Positions 50,485 to 64,000 of a stretch of DNA of 64,000 bases are shown here, in pieces; positions within the stretch are counted from its first letter, which is position 1, and every line of letters begins with the position of its first letter. The stretch covers positions 35,276,492 to 35,340,491 of the forward strand of contig NC_058133.1 of the NCBI RefSeq assembly GCF_016433145.1, in the 5' to 3' direction. The notes below the pieces were generated by a model. The model worked only from the letters and a program-made list of their open reading frames with translations. It made no database searches and was not told where the DNA came from. The position numbers and the translations under genes are program-made. This DNA comes from Gracilinanus agilis. Taxonomy: Eukaryota.

Positions 50485-50975
50485 TTTTAAACTCTTTCCT
50501 TCCCTCTCAGAATTAATACTAAGTATTGGTTCCAAGGTAGAAGAGGGGCATGGGCTGGGCGATGGGGGTTAAGTGACTTGCCCAGGGTCTCACAGCTGGG
50601 AAGTCTGAGGCTTGATTTTTTGTTGTTGAAGCTCGTTATTTATTTTTATTTTGAATATTTTCCCCTAGTTACATATTTCATGTTCTTTCCCTCTCCCCAA
50701 ACCCTCCTACTGCCCCCCTTAGCTGACACACAATTCCATCGGGTTTTACATGTATCATTGATCAAGACCTAATCCATATCATTGATGGTTGGACTAGAGT
50801 TATCGTTTAGTGTCTACATCCCCAGTAATATCCCCATCAGCCCATGTGTTCAAGCAGTTGTTTTTCCTCTGTATTCCTCCTCCCACAGTTCTGAGGCTAG
50901 ATTTGAACCAAAGATTTCCATCTGACTCCAGGCCTGGTGCTCCATCCATTGTGCTACTTAGATGCCCCTCATGTT
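50485..50975 (-). mobile_element. SINE interrupted by an L1 3' fragment (about 50613-50889)
   Basis: The SINE halves join if the insert is removed. The insert is flanked by the repeat TCTGAGGCT. Confidence 0.75.
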
Positions 50976-52322
50976 GACTTTTTATTTTATTAAAACCCTT
51001 ACCTTTTGTCTGCGAATCAGTACTGTGTATTGACTCCAAGGCAGAAAAGCAGGAAGGGATTAAGTGACTTGCCCAAGGTCCCATAGCTAGGAAATGTCTG
51101 AGGCTACATTTGAACCCAGGATCTCTTGGCTCTAGACCTGTAGAATATAAGTTTTTGAGGGCAAGGTCTATTTAATTTTTGTGCGACCAGCACATAGTAG
51201 GTGTTGATTTGAATTGAAAGTTTATGATGAAGGCAGAATCAACACAGAAAAGTAAGCAAGAAGTAGGATGAACTCTCCTCCCAAACTCCTTCAAACTAAC
51301 CTAGAAAAGCACCAAACTGAATCCTGTTGGGGAAATCCAAGAAAGAGTCATAGTGAGTCATTTTTCTGGCCAAGGGGCACACAGGGAGACAGAGAGGTCT
51401 GAGATGAGCATGCTGTTTCCAAGTCCAGTGCCCAAGGAGAGGCTGTGCACCCTGGCCAAAGGAGATCCCAGACCCATACCAAGACTGTGAATATGGCTCC
51501 AGGAAGCCCAGAAAGCTATACTCCATGAAGTGGTCCTTTCCTCTGAAGCTACACTGTGCCTGGCTCCTCTCTGAGCCAGTCATACCTTCTTGTTGCTGCA
51601 GAGGCTTCAAAACCTTTGAGGAAAGAATTCTAGATTCTGGCCTCTTGTTCTCTCATTCTTAAGCACAATTCACTGTTTTTGGAATATTTCCCTACCCTGA
51701 AAGGTAGGATGAAATTGTTTGACCTGTCTACTAGATGAGACTCTCTAAATACCAGCTAGATGTTCAGTGATAGGGCCTGGAGTCAGGAAGGCTGGTCTTC
51801 ATGAGTTCAGTCTGGTCTCAGACACTTACTAGTTGTAAGACCCCGGGCAAGTCATTTAACCCTTTTGGCCTCAGTTTCCTCATCTGTAAAATCAGCTGGA
51901 GAAGGAAATGGCAAATCACTCTAGTGTCTCTGCCAAGAAAACCCCAAATGGGGTCATAAAGAGTAGGTCACAACTGAAATGACTGAACAGCAAAGTTCCA
52001 GCAGCCAAGAGAGCCCTGGAGTCATGGGAATCGGAGCTAACAGATACCTAATCTTACCAAGGAGGAGGTGGACCCCTGAGTATTTAAGCTGGTATTCAAA
52101 CCAATTCCTTTCAGCCACACCTGTCCCATGGCTGAGCATTGAATGAGCTTTTACTATGAGTCCCTCCATCTGATGCCTTGCTAGGTAAACCCTAGGGAGA
52201 TTCCTGATGCACCAAAGGGAAGGTGACTTGTCTAGGGTCATGGGCAGAAGCTAAATGTCAGAGGTAAACTTTGAAGTCCCCTCTTGCCTATGCCACACAG
52301 CCTCTAAAGTGGATTTTTAGTC

Positions 52323-52328
52323 TTTATT
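52323..52328 (-). terminator. Candidate AIRE poly(A) signal
   Basis: First canonical minus-strand AATAAA found after the AIRE stop, about 550 nt downstream. Confidence 0.45.
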
Positions 52329-52415
52329 TTCTTCACCTCAATGATTTTTATCCAGGATAAGGTGAGGCCTCCTTCCTTGGCTCATTCCATCCCACTCTCC
52401 TTCTACCCACTAGCC

Positions 52416-52632
52416 CAGTGATGGGGAACCTTTTAGAGACCAAATGCCCAAAATGCAACCCTCACACTGCATGTGAGTGCCCTTCCCTTTACCCCAGACA
52501 GGAGAGGGAGGAAGTACTCCCACTAGTCTGCAGGGCAGAGGGGCAGGTGATGTGAGAAACTTCCTCAGGCGCAGTGGAGAGGGGGAAGGGAGCAGCTCCC
52601 TCTGGCACAAGTGCCATAGGTTCACCAACGTG
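52416..52632. mobile_element. hAT MITE with OC1-type TIRs
   Basis: cagtgatggggaacctttt ... cataggttcaccaacgtg. Same family as 28502 and 48719. Confidence 0.75.
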
Positions 52633-52874
52633 GCCCTAACTCTTCCCACAAAGTACAGAAAAGAGTAATCTTGAGTAAGTCAATGAGTAATTTTATCCTC
52701 CGACATCATATACTCAAATACTGAAGCTATTGCTTTTGCATTCAGAGGATGCTCGAGAAATCTTCAGGCGGATGGTCCTAGTTGTGGAGAAGAGACCAGG
52801 GCCTCTCCAGATGTCTGTCACCACAATCTGTCCACAATCCTCCTGAGCTGGCTGGTCTCCATCTTTATAGAGCA

Positions 52875-62620
<9,746 letters not shown>

Positions 62621-62994
62621 CTGTGGGACCAAGAAATAAGAAGATGGTTGTCAATCCACTCATGCACCAAAGCACACACTGATTTGAACATTTTCTACGT
62701 ACAACCTCCCCCCACATCTATCAGATACCTAACTCTGCTCTTCATCCTCACTGCAACCTTCAATCTTCAATCCATCCCTCAGTTCTTTCCTGGGCCAAAA
62801 CCCTTGTTCCAGCTACACTTTCCTTCCTTCCCCATCTTGATGCTTCAGTCTAGGATCACTCTCAGCTTTTGACGCCTGCACCCCAACTCACATATTACTA
62901 AATGGAGCTAGAAGAGAAAATCACAGAACCATCCATAACAATAGAATCTTGACTGGGCTCTCACTGCAGCAAGGCAATCCTTTTATACTTTATT

Positions 62995-63187
62995 TTTTAA
63001 ACCCTTACCTTCTGTCTTAAAACCAGTTCTAAGATTCCAAGGCAGAAGAGTGGCAAGGGCTAGGCAATGGGAGGTAAGTGACTCACCCAAGGTCACATAG
63101 CTAGGAAGTTTCTGAGGCCAGATTTGGACCCAGGACCTCCCATCTCTAGGCCTGACTCTCAACCCATTGAGCCACCCAGCTGCCCCC
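62995..63187 (-). mobile_element. SINE1_MD-like element
   Basis: SINE consensus on the minus strand, flanked by repeated ccttttatacttta. Confidence 0.8.
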
Positions 63188-64000
63188 TTCCTTTTATACT
63201 TTATTATTTTTATTATTATTTTTTAGAATATCTTTCCATGGTTGCATGATTCATGTTCCTTTCCCTACCCCCCAAACTCCTCCTCCCTGTAGCCAATGCA
63301 CAATTCCACTAGGTTTTACATGTATCATTGATCATTCCTTTTATACTTTAATTGATTCACTATCCTGCTTACCACAGTAGCTTTTCTAAACTTTCCCTAT
63401 CAGCTGAGCACCTTCACCTCACACTTAAAAAAAATGGAGACCATTTATTGAGAGCTTCCCCTTCTCCCCTCTTCCTCCTCTCACAACCTCTTGGCATCAT
63501 CCTCTACCCTCTTCTTTATCCAGTTTCTTATAAAGAGGTTGATATCTCTTCATGAAGGTCAATATTTCCACATGTATCCTTAATTCCATCCCTTCCTACC
63601 TTTTCTAGCAGATTGCCACCTCAATCACCACCATTTTCTGATCTTCAGCCTTTCCTTGTCTATTGTCTCCCTCTCCCTCAAAAAACCCTCGCTAGCTCCC
63701 ATCATCCCTGCTAACTGCCATCCTCTATCTCCCTTCTCTTTCTCACTCAGATTTGAAAAAAAAAACTGTCTACACTTACTACCTCTTCTCTAACTTCTCA
63801 GATCTTTGTAACGTGGCTGCTGACCTCATCATTGGAAACAGTTTTCCCCCCAAGTTACCCACATCTCTTTCTCTCTGTCTCTGTGTCTGTCTCTGTGTCT
63901 GTCTCTCTCTCCAGAATATTGCTAGTCTGTTTACACCTAATACATGCCAGTCGACCAATAAACTGAGCATCGGACATTCTAGCCTGGAAGCCCTGGAGAC

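Noticed and set aside
49541-50535. Several long overlapping ORFs (146-206 aa)
   Set aside because: Expected in stop-poor CpG-island DNA. Only the 49735-49867 part is supported, as CFAP144 exon 1.
62621-64000. Search for AIRE exon 4
   Set aside because: No matching exon found. The interval looks like L2, SINE and L1 fragments, so exons 1-4 are presumably outside the window.

Overview
Eukaryotic, intron-rich genomic DNA from a marsupial, probably an opossum such as Monodelphis (inferred from the dominant tRNA-derived SINE1_MD-like family and marsupial-type L1 3' UTRs). I assembled four protein-coding genes by hand, each with GT-AG junctions and consistent exon phases. (1) CFAP57/WDR65, minus strand: 12 coding exons from the ATG at 37753, running off the left edge. 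(2) EBNA1BP2, plus strand: complete, 9 exons, head-to-head with CFAP57 across a CpG-island promoter that has an RFX X-box and tandem ETS sites. (3) CFAP144/FAM183A, minus strand: complete, 4 exons, tail-to-tail with EBNA1BP2. (4) AIRE, minus strand: exons 5-14 (SAND, PHD1, PHD2, C-terminus), with the 5' exons beyond the right edge. The most notable observations are AIRE lying about 3 kb from the CFAP144-EBNA1BP2-CFAP57 block (human 21q22.3 versus 1p34.2), reciprocal antisense 3' overlap of EBNA1BP2 and CFAP144, a decayed duplicate of CFAP144 exon 2, tandem NAGNAG acceptors and eroded LXXLL motifs in AIRE, an inverted pair of related solo LTRs bracketing a CFAP57 exon, and hAT (OC1-like) elements. 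Family and synteny assignments come from recall, not database searches. Repeat boundaries without TSDs are approximate. I found no clearly new biological system beyond these observations.
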